This document shows, piece after piece, positions 39,584-50,600 of a stretch of DNA of 60,628 nt. The notes below the pieces were generated by a model. The model was not told the origin of the DNA. It ran no database searches and saw nothing but the letters and a program-made list of their open reading frames with translations. Where the stretch lies: IMG/VR virus record IMGVR_UViG_3300010157_000068, positions 1 through 60,628 of that record, one strand, 5' to 3'. Both the position numbers and the translations under genes were made by a program. This DNA is from a virus (Duplodnaviria; Caudoviricetes). Within the stretch, counting starts at the first letter, position 1, and each line of letters opens with the position of its first letter.

Positions 39584-40793
39584 CTATAGGTTTAAGTTAC
39601 TTCTGTTCTGGTGAACTTCCTTCTCCATCTGTTCGTAAAATATAGTCACCTTACGTGTCTCGCACCCCATTTTGTGTATTCCACCTGCTTGATTACAGTG
39701 GGTGCACTTATCTGTAATGATCTTGTATCCAGTGTCAATGCGCTTGAAGTCCTTGACCAAATAATCTTTGAATCCAAAACTATCTAGCGGCATACCTCTA
39801 GAAATATAGGGGCCGCCTGACGGATCCACCATCTCGATCTCATTAGTCAGTGAGTCAATCATCCTGACGTACTTATCGTATATGTGTTTATGAGTCTCAT
39901 CATCATATTCGTGTACAGCTTTTTTAAACTGTTGAAGTGTCATCAAAGACTGAACGTGTTCGTTATCTTTTAGGTAAGTTTCGTATGCTCTAGTGTAATC
40001 ATTAGGTATTCCAAACCTGCAATATTTAAAATCACCCTCCCAAAGTACGTCGTGGTTTTCATCTCTTGTAAATGTGTACTCGTCACCGTACCTATTTTTA
40101 TAAATGTTTTTCATAGTTTTAATTTTACAAATTCTTTTAATGATTTTTCGCTTATATAAAATGCAATTACATCTCCGTTAAATTCTCTTGAATAACCAAA
40201 CATTTTACACACATCGTCATAACTCAAGCAAGGCTTATTGTATAGTATAAACTCCTCGGCCTCTTCTTCGGTTTTAAAGTTTCTTAAACTGTCCTGTAAA
40301 ATTGGAAGACATCCTTTATTATGTACCTGATATACCTTCCATGGGTCAAATGACTGATACTTGTCTTTAAAAACTACATAGTGTTTGTCAGTTACTTTTT
40401 TCCAATATTCAGGGTGCGACACATAAAAACCTATCCCCTTCCATTCGTTAGTTTTGTTTTCTGAAGAATGTACAGTACCTAGCTCAGGCGAGCCAGGATA
40501 CTCTTTAATTAATTTATATTTCATATCCTCTCTCTTTTAGTTACTACCTCGTATATTATTTCTCTGTTAATTAACTTCAGCAAGATAAGTAATTTTTCTG
40601 CTGTAGAATAGTCTAGATATACTAATTTTTCATTTTCTGTGGTAACTGCTAATCCATTACCGTCGTCTGTTATTCTTAACGCTAACTCTCCAGAACTCAG
40701 CCATTCAATATTATCTGAATAATACAACTCGTGGTGGTTGTCATCTAATTTGTAATCGTACTCGTGCTTGTTATCTACTAGTATCTGTTCCAT
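39584..40793 (-). CDS. Three hypothetical proteins (39584-40114, 40111-40524, 40521-40793)
   Basis: ATGA-overlapped ORFs. Confidence 0.65.
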
Positions 40794-40796
40794 ATT

Positions 40797-41675
40797 TTAA
40801 ATATTTAATTCTAATTCAGTTTGACTTCTTGGTATTAAATCATTTATTCCACACATACCATTACATTCAAATAAAGGCTCTACCTTTCTAGGTGGCATGT
40901 CGTCTATACTCTTGTTGTTCGGATACGCAGGGTGTTTCTTAAGGAACACTAGGTGAGACTTAGGATCTGTTTTCTTTTTCTGCTCTGCCTCGTTAGACTG
41001 ATCCTTAAGCATGGTTACCGGCTCTCCTTTTAACTCTGTAAGTTCGTGCTCTAGGTCTGCCATCACATCAAACTTATCCGGAAAGTCTCTCTTCATCTTC
41101 TGCCAGTAACCTATACCTCCCTGAACGCAGCCAGTGGAGAAGCAGTTGTTATTTTGAAAACCTAACCTGTACATCTCAGGCACCTGTATGCCGGCGTCTT
41201 CCGTAATCCTTATACAGTCCTGCTTGTTATATCCTAGCATAAGCAGTGGGTATATTGCCTTGGTCCTCTTACCATGATTTAGAGTCATTGATAATGCCCT
41301 GTTAAACTCCTTCTTATCAAACTCAAATCCGAATACCTGATGCTTAAAGTCGTTAGTCTTCTCCCACTTCTCGCGAACAACCCTCTTAAGATTCGTAGAA
41401 CATATGGCGCCATTAGCTGTATTTAAGGACTTGTGCTTCCTCCACACATCAAATATGTTTCCGTACTTTTCTCCTATCCCAGTAATAACTTCTATATCTA
41501 GTCCGTACCATTTCTCGCAGTCAGTCTTAAATCTATACGTATCCGGATGCTCGTTCTGTGTATCAATCATTATAACCCTGCAATTCTCTAGTCCGTAAGT
41601 ATCTATAGCTATCTTACAAGCTACAGCAGAGGTTACCCCCCCCGACCACCACGCTATTATTTTATTATTTTCCAT
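40797..41675 (-). CDS. PAPS-reductase-family (PP-loop) protein with Cys clusters
   Basis: WWSGGVTSAV loop, ICSTNLKR, YRLGFQNNNC...GCVQGG and a terminal ECNGMC. Confidence 0.8.
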   Translation of the reverse strand: MENNKIIAWWSGGVTSAVACKIAIDTYGLENCRVIMIDTQNEHPDTYRFKTDCEKWYGLDIEVITGIGEKYGNIFDVWRKHKSLNTANGAICSTNLKRVVREKWEKTNDFKHQVFGFEFDKKEFNRALSMTLNHGKRTKAIYPLLMLGYNKQDCIRITEDAGIQVPEMYRLGFQNNNCFSTGCVQGGIGYWQKMKRDFPDKFDVMADLEHELTELKGEPVTMLKDQSNEAEQKKKTDPKSHLVFLKKHPAYPNNKSIDDMPPRKVEPLFECNGMCGINDLIPRSQTELELNI

Positions 41676-41992
41676 ATTATAACTATTATAATTAATGTAA
41701 TTACAAATAAAAAAATTCCTGTTTCAACTTCTTCTTCATCTTTTGTTTTTGGATTCCAGTATCTTTCTTCGTCAATAGATTCTTGAGGAGTTCCAAAACT
41801 ATGATGATTATATCTTTGATTATTTTGAACAGATAATAAATTATCAACTATTTTATTAGCATCTTCTTTAGAATATAAATCATATACATTATCATTACAT
41901 TTTTCACACTCTACAACCCATTCGCTTCCGTAGTAAACTGAATGAAACTTATGTAAACAATTTTTCATACTTTTATTTTTTAGGTTTTTCAA
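41657..41992 (-). CDS. Hypothetical protein with C/H motif and C-terminal TM
   Basis: C.H.F...CEKC and a hydrophobic tail. Confidence 0.55.
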   Translation of the reverse strand: MKNLKNKSMKNCLHKFHSVYYGSEWVVECEKCNDNVYDLYSKEDANKIVDNLLSVQNNQRYNHHSFGTPQESIDEERYWNPKTKDEEEVETGIFLFVITLIIIVIIWKIIK

Positions 41993-42242
41993 AGTACTTC
42001 ATAGTGATGTAGTGCATACTTACGCTACCTACAACAGAGCCTATTAAATAAGCTATCATTAGTGTAACGTTTCCAAAGTTAGTTACAACATTTCGGATAA
42101 CTAATAACCAAATTCCATTACTCAGTACAGATGCAATAGTGTGATACATTATACTATTACTATTTCTTGCCCTGCTAACTAAAGTAAAACTTGCGTTTTG
42201 TAACGCAGTTAATCCAAGCATTATTAAAATTTCATTTACCAT
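41973..42242 (-). CDS. Small three-TM membrane protein
   Basis: Three hydrophobic helices, Y..GS..GS motif. Confidence 0.65.
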   Translation of the reverse strand: MVNEILIMLGLTALQNASFTLVSRARNSNSIMYHTIASVLSNGIWLLVIRNVVTNFGNVTLMIAYLIGSVVGSVSMHYITMKYFEKPKK

Positions 42243-42486
42243 ACCTTAAATATTTATACACCTTTGGCAGTACTGCCATGGCTAGTTCAACTTTCTTATA
42301 ATATACCTTACCAAGGTTCTCCCTGGATCGGTACTCTATTCCGGTCACTGAGTCGTAGTGCCGGTCCTTACCGCACGCGGTTATACCTCCCTTCCTGACC
42401 GCTATGTACGCCCCACCACCGAACGGTTTGACGTACACCTGCCAGTCATTCTGTACTGCCCATCTGAAGTCGTCTGGATCTATCAA
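42232..42486 (-). CDS. Hypothetical protein
   Basis: Coupled to the primase stop. Confidence 0.55.
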   Translation of the reverse strand: MIDPDDFRWAVQNDWQVYVKPFGGGAYIAVRKGGITACGKDRHYDSVTGIEYRSRENLGKVYYKKVELAMAVLPKVYKYLRYGK

Positions 42487-44885
42487 AATTTAAACTCTTC
42501 GTTATTATGTGTGTCACCCTCCTTAGTGATGAACTTGATCCACCGCCCGTTTCCGTCGCGTCCCTCAAGAGGAGTCACTCCGGTGACGTACACCCCGTAT
42601 GCTATTAGCCACTTGTAGAATAACGTCCTACTGATGGTCATCTTAGCCTTGGGTGCAAAGTCAGGGTTGTCCTGAATAAAGTCAAGGTACAGGTCCTGCT
42701 TGTATAGCAGCTCGTCTAGCCTCATCATCCCGTTATGAGAGTCTCCGCCGACCATCCCACACCACTCTATAAACTCGTGACAGGTCTCGGCAGATAGCTT
42801 ACGAACCTTAAGGTTCACAAACGTGCTCTTGATAAGTCCGGTGTCTAGGTAGGACTTCAGGTTATTCACAACGTAGTTATCGAACCTGCACCACTCCTCC
42901 TCATCCCAGTCATCGAACATCATCCGGCCGAACTCGACAAGCGGAGTGAACTCCTTGCTATAGAACTGCTTAAACTCTAGCTCCCACTTACGTCTCTCGA
43001 AAGAGTTACCCTTACCCCTAACGGCGTAGTTGGTGGTGATGATAATCTTTGGCGACTTTCTAAACGGAAGGTGGAACGCGTCCTTATTCTTCTTCTCAAC
43101 CGTAAGCCCCTCGGTAACAACACTGAACAACCTCTCGAAGTCGAAGTGCTTCTTAACGTCGTCAAAGGACAGGACCTGGGTACCTACGTTAACCGTCTGA
43201 TACGCGAAGGACTTGTCAAAGTTAAATGACTTTCCATCTATAAATATGGTCTTCTTGATCTTAGATATAGCTCTAACGAAGATACCCTTTCCGGTACCTC
43301 CCTCAGGGTTGTCGCTGATCACCTCGTCGTTTAAGATAATGGCCGGACAGTATGCAGGGTTCTTGTACCCGTGCATAAGGAACCCTATCGTGCTCTCCAT
43401 GGACTTGATCCTCTGGTCATCCTCTCCTGATATGTTGGATATAAAGGTCCTGAAGTCGCACTCGGTTACCTCGCATATCGCGAAGTCTCTGTCGATTACC
43501 TGCTCCTTCCATATGTACCCGTCAAGGTCTATGTAGTCTATAATGTCGACACGGTCCTTGGTCACCTTAACCGCACAGTTGTTATAGTACAGGTGAGCCG
43601 TATCGGCCGTATCTTCTACGAAGTACACATCTACAGATCCTAGCATGGATAGGAAGTCCTCCTTAAAGAACCTGGTCTTGTCGGCAAAGTAGTTGTACAC
43701 TGAAAGGTCATCCATGTCCTCAAGGTACGATAGCACGAAGTCCTTTATCTCGTCCTCTGAAGTGTTGTCTATCAGGTTGTTAGTAACCTTAACTAGGTTA
43801 AAACTCTTGCTGTTCTCAGGGTAGAACTTATAGAACCCGTTGTCCTCCAAGAACTCCTTGAATAGGTTATGCACTATACTTACGGCGCCCTTATCGTTCT
43901 TGGTCCAGAACCGCTTTGTGTCGCTATCAATCCTGTCCAGGACTGCGTCGATGACACCCTCCTCAATGTCAGTCATCTCCGCCTTGATCTGCTTGACCGT
44001 GGCGCCGTCCTTGACCTTCTTCTTTAGCTGAGAGACCCTAGCGGTGTCTTCGTAGTACTTGGTGCCGAACTTGCTCACGTGACTGTATGCGGAGTTGATG
44101 GTCATCTTAATCTCAGACATGGGGAAGTCCTTCTGCTCGAACTGACCTATGATGTACTCGGCAAGAGACTTGCTGATTCCGTAGTCGTTAAACGCGGCAG
44201 CCAATATGTACACGTTGTGGTTGCGCTCACCGTCAACCATTCCGTACTTGTTTGTCCACCACTTCATGAGTATGTCAACGATCCTGTTCTCGTTGGTTAT
44301 TGGAATGGTAGGGGCCTCACTTACCCTCTCAATCTCAACGAACTCCTCCTCGTGCATGCGGTCCCACAGCTTAGACTCCTTGTTGATGTAGATATCCTTG
44401 TCGTAAGACTCGTAGCATACCCTTGAGATATTCTTAGACGTGGTGTCAAAGTGAGGTGTGTTAAAGTAGTTCTGAAGCGCGTTGAAGTACTTGACGTGGT
44501 TGTCTACGTCCTGAGGTATCCTTACAAGGACCTTTAGACCGTCCCCGGATGGAGATACAAATACAGCGTACACGTACTCGTCGGCTGCAATAGTAGCCTT
44601 CTCTAACATCATCTGCTTCTTGCTAGAGTATCCGTCAAAGTCTAGACATATAAGGCCGCTGTGCTCGGCTATTGAGTTGTCTAGTCTCTTGGTAAATATT
44701 CCTGAAAAGCATATGGCCGGCAGTGACTTTTTAATCTCGTTGCGCTCGGTCTTATCAGTCTCGGCCTGTATGCGCTCCACTATCTCTCGGCTCGCTCCGA
44801 TTCGTATGCGCTCCAGGACCACGTCTATGTTCCTATAGAACGGGGTGGAGGTGCTACGAATGTCCTTAAATATTGTTATCTTCAT
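42483..44885 (-). CDS. Primase-helicase (VirE-N/BT4734-like prim-pol domain, PriCT domain, SF3-like P-loop)
   Basis: KKSLPAICFSG..HSGLICLDFD..FVSPSGDGLK, GERN, EGGTGKG and SFDDV motifs. Confidence 0.85.
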   Translation of the reverse strand: MKITIFKDIRSTSTPFYRNIDVVLERIRIGASREIVERIQAETDKTERNEIKKSLPAICFSGIFTKRLDNSIAEHSGLICLDFDGYSSKKQMMLEKATIAADEYVYAVFVSPSGDGLKVLVRIPQDVDNHVKYFNALQNYFNTPHFDTTSKNISRVCYESYDKDIYINKESKLWDRMHEEEFVEIERVSEAPTIPITNENRIVDILMKWWTNKYGMVDGERNHNVYILAAAFNDYGISKSLAEYIIGQFEQKDFPMSEIKMTINSAYSHVSKFGTKYYEDTARVSQLKKKVKDGATVKQIKAEMTDIEEGVIDAVLDRIDSDTKRFWTKNDKGAVSIVHNLFKEFLEDNGFYKFYPENSKSFNLVKVTNNLIDNTSEDEIKDFVLSYLEDMDDLSVYNYFADKTRFFKEDFLSMLGSVDVYFVEDTADTAHLYYNNCAVKVTKDRVDIIDYIDLDGYIWKEQVIDRDFAICEVTECDFRTFISNISGEDDQRIKSMESTIGFLMHGYKNPAYCPAIILNDEVISDNPEGGTGKGIFVRAISKIKKTIFIDGKSFNFDKSFAYQTVNVGTQVLSFDDVKKHFDFERLFSVVTEGLTVEKKNKDAFHLPFRKSPKIIITTNYAVRGKGNSFERRKWELEFKQFYSKEFTPLVEFGRMMFDDWDEEEWCRFDNYVVNNLKSYLDTGLIKSTFVNLKVRKLSAETCHEFIEWCGMVGGDSHNGMMRLDELLYKQDLYLDFIQDNPDFAPKAKMTISRTLFYKWLIAYGVYVTGVTPLEGRDGNGRWIKFITKEGDTHNNEEFKF

Positions 44886-45645
44886 GACTAATAAGTTGTT
44901 GTTTGTGTCTAAGTATAAGTCCTAGTATCTCTAAAGCAACTGTGTCAGGAACCCTCACAGTAAGTCCCTCCTCATTTATCTCTGGCTGATCGTCTGAGAT
45001 AACAAACGCACCGGTGGCCGTAGTCGATGTCCACATATAAGGCTGCTGAGAGTTCATCTCGTTAAGTAGGTCGGTCTCGAAGTCCATCGATATCCATACA
45101 GCAGACTTAGACTCTATTGTCTTTTCAGCGGCCTCTTGTACTGCGTCTATGTCGTCCTGAAGGTTGAGTATTCTTTCGTAGGCCTCAACTACCTGCTGCA
45201 TTTTTTTTCGTTCCATATATGAATTTGTTCTTTTCTTTTAAAACGTTATGACAAAAATTTATCTCGTCCTCGGTGAGCATATTGTAAAATATCTGAAACT
45301 TACCGGTGAACCTCATGTTCTTGATGCAGGACTTCTCGTTAAGGTAGTTCCTATAGTTAAGCATCATAGCCTGTGTATTACCTGTTCTAGTCTCTCTACC
45401 CTGCCCAACAGGTCTGTGATGTCATTGCTAGCGTTAAGCACTAGCTCTGAGTATCTTCTAATCGTCTGACTCAGCTTAGGGAAGTAGTAGCGCTCCTCGA
45501 ACTTGTAGCCCTCGGTTCCGCCGTCCTTCTTCTCTCTTACTCGCTGCTCGTGGAATACTAGGACTAGTCCCTTGAACTGATCCGGCTCTAGGTAGTAGTT
45601 ATTGTCTAGAGTTATCTTCTGCTTCTCTTTAAATATTTTGTTCAT
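44866..45645 (-). CDS. Three hypothetical proteins (44866-45216, 45185-45367, 45364-45645)
   Basis: Overlapping, co-oriented ORFs. Confidence 0.55.
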
Positions 45646-45659
45646 GTCTAAATAATATT

Positions 45660-45686
45660 AAAAACCCTCCGTCTATAGGAGGGTTA
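45660..45686 (-). terminator. Terminator after the SSB gene
   Basis: AACCCTCC...GGAGGGTT hairpin with an A-run on + (U-run on -). Confidence 0.7.
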
Positions 45687-45695
45687 TGGTTAATG

Positions 45696-45986
45696 CTAAA
45701 ACGGCAAGTCATTTTCAGGTTCTGCCGGTGCTTCCTTCGGGGCTGGCTTCTTAGCGGATCCGTCTCCGTCCCATACAACCTTTCCGTTACCCAAGAAGTT
45801 ACGGTTCGCCTTAGACTCGCGCTCCTCTTTTGTTTGACCCTCCCACACAGAGACATTGTTTCCGAACTGATCCTCTTCGTCGTTCACGCTGATTGTAAGG
45901 TTAGCGTAAGTTCCCTTTGCGCCTGAAACAAGTTTACTCTTGTCTAGTTTTGTCACGTCGATACTCAAAGCAATTAACTTTGCCAT
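45696..45986 (-). CDS. Single-stranded DNA-binding protein (short, Bacteroidota-phage type)
   Basis: Beta-rich core, P/A linker and acidic ENDLPF tail. Adjacent to recombination genes. Confidence 0.7.
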   Translation of the reverse strand: MAKLIALSIDVTKLDKSKLVSGAKGTYANLTISVNDEEDQFGNNVSVWEGQTKEERESKANRNFLGNGKVVWDGDGSAKKPAPKEAPAEPENDLPF

Positions 45987-46050
45987 AATAAAATAATTTA
46001 ATGTTTCGCTTACTCTATTACACAGTTTTCAGCTACCCTGTTTATTTTAA

Positions 46051-46262
46051 AAACCAAACACATCCACCAAGATTGGAATAAATTTATTGACTTTGGTGAA
46101 CTTATCTGTTTACTCCTAATCCTCAATATTTTTACCATACTCAACAAAAATAACACTTCTTGGGAGTGTTTACAATACGCTAAAATAGTCCTTGATACTT
46201 GGTCTACCCTTTAGCTTCGAGCATCCTATATTGTATTCGTTGTCTTTCTATGTGTTTGGTTT
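46051..46262. ncRNA. Candidate 212-nt structured RNA or miniature element
   Basis: 13-bp perfect terminal inverted repeat AAACCAAACACAT/ATGTGTTTGGTTT enclosing at least three nested hairpins. No long ORF. Confidence 0.55.
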
Positions 46263-46297
46263 GTGCATTATTTGCACATCACTCTTTTAATTTCTCA

Positions 46298-47029
46298 TCA
46301 TAAAGTATCCTGAATAAAGTAGTTGTTAATGTCCTCTGTAGCATTCGCGCTGAAGAACGTGTTATACACGTTCACTGCTCTGGCCACCTTGTCTCGGCCC
46401 GCCATCAAGAACTCCTCGCTAGGCTCAAACACACCTAGCCTGTGGCTCTTCTTGCATATCACATAGAACACAAGGGGTTTTCCAAACAACTGCCCGTAGA
46501 TGTAAGCCTGGCTGTCGTAGTTGTACTTGCGCGCAGACCACTTGAAGTCGTCTATGTCTGATGTGGTCTTGATGTCGATAAGGATCTCATCCGTTACAAT
46601 ATCAGCCTTGCCTTTGAAAGGCAGTCCGAATAACTCTCCGATGGCTGGCTCCTCGTAGATGTTACCCTCCCTGTAGATGTTATCGTAGAAGAAGAAGTTA
46701 CCCTTCATGGTCCCTACCAAAAGATCTAACTCCTGCTGCTCATTTTTAAGAAGCAGGATAGGATTAGATGAGTGTGACACGGCATCCTTGTAGATGTTTG
46801 TGTTACGGGTTGAGGCCTCAACAACCTCAAAGTTTACTAGCTTCTCAGGCTCAAGCATTGACGTGTGCAGGTACGACCCGTGAAGCATCGGTAGGGTCGG
46901 CTCCTCTCGGACCTTAAACATCTTAGGGTTCTTTAACAGCGTTCCTATGTCGCTGTTGCTGATGTACTTACTACCGTACTCGCCGTAGTAGTTAAAGTCA
47001 TTTCTTAGTGTGTCAATTACGTTCTCCAT
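46298..47029 (-). CDS. RecE/ExoVIII-like PD-(D/E)XK exonuclease
   Basis: ISNSDI, GSYLH, KGKAD...IDIKTT and Y..QAYIY. Confidence 0.85.
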   Translation of the reverse strand: MENVIDTLRNDFNYYGEYGSKYISNSDIGTLLKNPKMFKVREEPTLPMLHGSYLHTSMLEPEKLVNFEVVEASTRNTNIYKDAVSHSSNPILLLKNEQQELDLLVGTMKGNFFFYDNIYREGNIYEEPAIGELFGLPFKGKADIVTDEILIDIKTTSDIDDFKWSARKYNYDSQAYIYGQLFGKPLVFYVICKKSHRLGVFEPSEEFLMAGRDKVARAVNVYNTFFSANATEDINNYFIQDTL

Positions 47030-47030
47030 A

Positions 47031-47612
47031 CTACTTCAATAAATCTCCTAAGGCCTTCTTAACGGCAGTGGATAGGTTATACTTCACTGATAAATTCTTG
47101 ACGATCGTGTTCAGGTCCATCTTGGACTTGTTGGCGGTAACGTAGTTAACCACTCCTGCCCAGTTCGTGTCGTCAACCTTAAGGTCAATCTTTGTGGAAG
47201 GGACTGGCTTGGTGGCCTTTGCCGTGTCAATAGAGTCCTCTCCACTCCACAAATTTAGTCCAAGGCCGTGCATCGCTATCGCCTTAGTTGTTGATCTTTG
47301 AATCGTTTTATTAACATCCATCGACGTGATAGCATCAATTGATATCGACTTGTTGTTGTAGCTCATGATCGGAAGGTAGTCGATATGCTCTAGGCCGTCT
47401 ATGTTTACCCCGACCTTTACATAGGCGCTCTTGCCGTCGTTGAAGTAGTTAAGGCCTGTGTGAGGGTCCTCGTATACTGTTCGGTTAAGTGACGGGTATA
47501 ATGCCTTGGCGCTGCCCCACGCGTTTGACCAGCTTAGGTAGTCCTGGCCGCCCTTCTTCTCTATCTTAGACTTGATGTCTACCTCTGATAACTTCTTGAA
47601 TGTGTTCTCCAT
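47031..47612 (-). CDS. Single-strand annealing protein (Sak3/DUF1071-like)
   Basis: EKKGGQDYLSWSNAW...VNKTIQRSTTKAIAMHGLGL.LWSGED. Confidence 0.8.
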   Translation of the reverse strand: MENTFKKLSEVDIKSKIEKKGGQDYLSWSNAWGSAKALYPSLNRTVYEDPHTGLNYFNDGKSAYVKVGVNIDGLEHIDYLPIMSYNNKSISIDAITSMDVNKTIQRSTTKAIAMHGLGLNLWSGEDSIDTAKATKPVPSTKIDLKVDDTNWAGVVNYVTANKSKMDLNTIVKNLSVKYNLSTAVKKALGDLLK

Positions 47613-47627
47613 TGTTTATTTATTTAT

Positions 47628-50600
47628 TTATTTATAGTTATTTTTTTTATCAATCTCCCTCGCCTTATCTACAAACTTGGTCAGGTCAACATGAGAATGG
47701 TACATGGTAACGTACCTTATTTTTGGTGTGTCTGTAAGGTTTCCGTCGTCGTCGAGGTATATCTCTTCCGCGTGCAAGGTCTTACTTATTAGGTACTCTA
47801 GCGCTGACTGCTGCATGTTTCTAATTTTAAGATGTTAATTGTTTCTACGAATCTATTAATGACCGTGTCTCTGTACTTTACTAGCGTGTTATACCTTCTT
47901 AGGTTGCTCATGGTCTTTATCTCAGCTGAGATCTTGTCGGACACGTTGTTTAGGGATCGGCTGTTGTTCTTGGTGGCTATCACGCAGCAGCCAACCTTCC
48001 ACCCGTGCCTCTTGAATACTAGGTACTCCTCAGGAGAGATCTCCGAGTAGTAGTCACCGTTAAACTTTGTGTTGAGTATAACGATGTCTCCGGACCGGTT
48101 CTCTATCTTTACCCCTTTAAATATGTAAGACACCGAATGGTCCGTAACAATTCTTGTGCTCGTCTTATCTCTGCTGGCCTGATCAAATACTTTATTCATA
48201 ACTTATTTCTTTTTAAATTGTTCAAATAATTTATTGATTAAAGCTCCATCAAGCATAATACCATAATGCTTTCCATATTCTCCAAAAGCATTGTAAAGAA
48301 TCTCTCCAACTTCTTCCTCACTATACATTCTTTTAGCTTTCCATTCAGCACCATCTACTACACCTGCTTTGTATGCTAATTGTAATTCTTCTGAGTGACC
48401 ATATAGTAAATCATTGTTTTCATGAATTATGTATAATTTTTCACCAATTTCTTCAAGTGTTTCTTGTTTAGGTAAAGACTTGTAAGCCATTTCAGCGTCT
48501 AAATGCATACATTTTTGAATTGTTTTTGATTGACCAATAGCGTAATCAGAAATTATATCTCCTGTGCTTTTTGGGTATTCTTGTTTAGGTTCTTCTTCTT
48601 TCTTCATAATTTACATTTTCAAAAGTTCGTCTTTTATTTGGTTTAGATACACTAATTTTACAACAATATCGTGATTATAAATAATTCTTAAAACTTCCTC
48701 CAACAACTCAATCTCTCGGTTGATTGATATTAGTGCGCATTGTGCCTTATGTCCTTGATTCATAGAAACAGGAAGTCCTTTAGAGTCTTTATTTTTACCT
48801 CCTAGTTTGTAATAATAAATTACGTTATCGTATTCTTTAATCCTTCTCTCCGCTTCTTGTCTTGCTTGTTCTTGTGTCATAACTTCTCCTTAAATTTTGT
48901 TAGTAATTGGTCGATGTCCTCAACTGCAACAGCAGTATTAAAATTATCTACATCATATTTTTTACTCTTAACCTCCTCCGCAAATGCTTCTAGTAGGTAG
49001 TTGGAGTAGGCTTGTGCAAAAGCTAAATCATCATCTGTTACCCAACAAATAGCATTTTGTTTATCACTCTTAAACCACTCCTTTGATGATAGTATTTTAT
49101 CCATTGTTATCGTTAATAATAGTGTTTAAATGAAACATTGAGTGTAAAAATGCTAGTGCAAAAGCCAATACAGATAATTTATTTAAATCATTGTAGAAAG
49201 CTATTACTCCACAAGCTAAACAAATAGCGCATCTTATTAAGTATATGTTTTTTAATATTTTATCCATTGTGTTTAGTTATTAGTTGTTTAAGTTCTTTTA
49301 TTATTGGATTTGAAAAACTATACTGTTGGTCGTTATAAAAATAATCATAAGCATTTTCTAATCCTTTAACCAACTCCTCCTTATCCCTTCTCAACTCCTC
49401 TATTGTTTTATCTCTTTGTTGTAAAGCATTTTCACAATGTTTAAGAAGTTTTTTTGTTTTTTCTAAATCAATATTACTAAGTTCTAAGTCTAACTTTGAC
49501 ATATCTATTTCTTTCTGTGCGTGGTTGTAGGCTTCCTCTAACTGTGTAATGTATCTAAGAACACTAATTGGTGTTGTCATATAATTTTCTTGACAATTTT
49601 CTTTGTAATAATTAATGTCTTTCTCAATAGTCTGTTTAGGTTTAACCTCAATATAATGCCCTTCACTTCCACAAGGACTATCGCAATTTACACAACGATA
49701 AAACTTATTAGCTTCACCGCAAAATATTTCTTTAGGTTGGTCTTGTGGGATGTTCTTATTCATAATATTTGTCTTTAAAGATTTGTAATAGTTCGGTGGA
49801 AGTATATAATACTCCTTTATAATCAAACTTATCATCCCAACAATCATAGTCGGTGTTATTTTTTGCAAAATTCGCAAACTTAACAGCAAAATCATCCGCT
49901 ATTTGTTCGCACTTATCCGCTTTGTCAAAATAGTCTAAAATTATAGCTTCAAACTTCTCTCTTAACTTACTCATAACTCTATTATTAAAGGATTGCTTAC
50001 CGTATTAATATGGTTATTGTAGACCCTCTGATAGGCCTCAGACATTCTGCTCGCGTCCGCGTAGTGGATCGTCTTGACCCTGAGTCTCATCCACCGATCG
50101 AACCTATTCATCTCTCTGGCTGCCGCCTTGCTCTTTGTATCTTTCATTTTTGTATATCTTTATGTAATAATTTAGTAACTCCTTGTCTGTCATGTAAGCG
50201 AAGTCTATAGTCCGCGTGTGCCCGTAGAACATTATCATCTCTAAAACGGTGCTCCTTCTGTTAAATTGCATGCTCTAGCTTCTTAGTGCCTGACTTGACT
50301 GTCTAGCAAGTTCCATTAGCAGTTTCTTAATAAATGACATATCGTCTTGTGTTTTAGGTTGTTATTAACTACGTTTTTAGCCTCCGACCATGGAAGGTCA
50401 CACTCATCAGCGGTCATCCTTACCAAGGCACCGTACACCCTTTGGCGTCTCTTCTCCGTCTGAAGGAACGCCCTGATGTCTACTCTGTTTACTATCCTAG
50501 GTCTCATGCCTGTATTGGGTTAGATGTTGCCTCGCTCCATCCTGCCAACTCTTTCCAAATTCGGAAGAGTTTTTTAGAGCGTATTATGTCTCTCTCGGTG

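Noticed and set aside
46003-46043. Second hammerhead (CUGA...GAAAC on the minus strand)
   Set aside because: The core reads CUGAAAA rather than CUGAnGA, and stems I and III cannot be formed.
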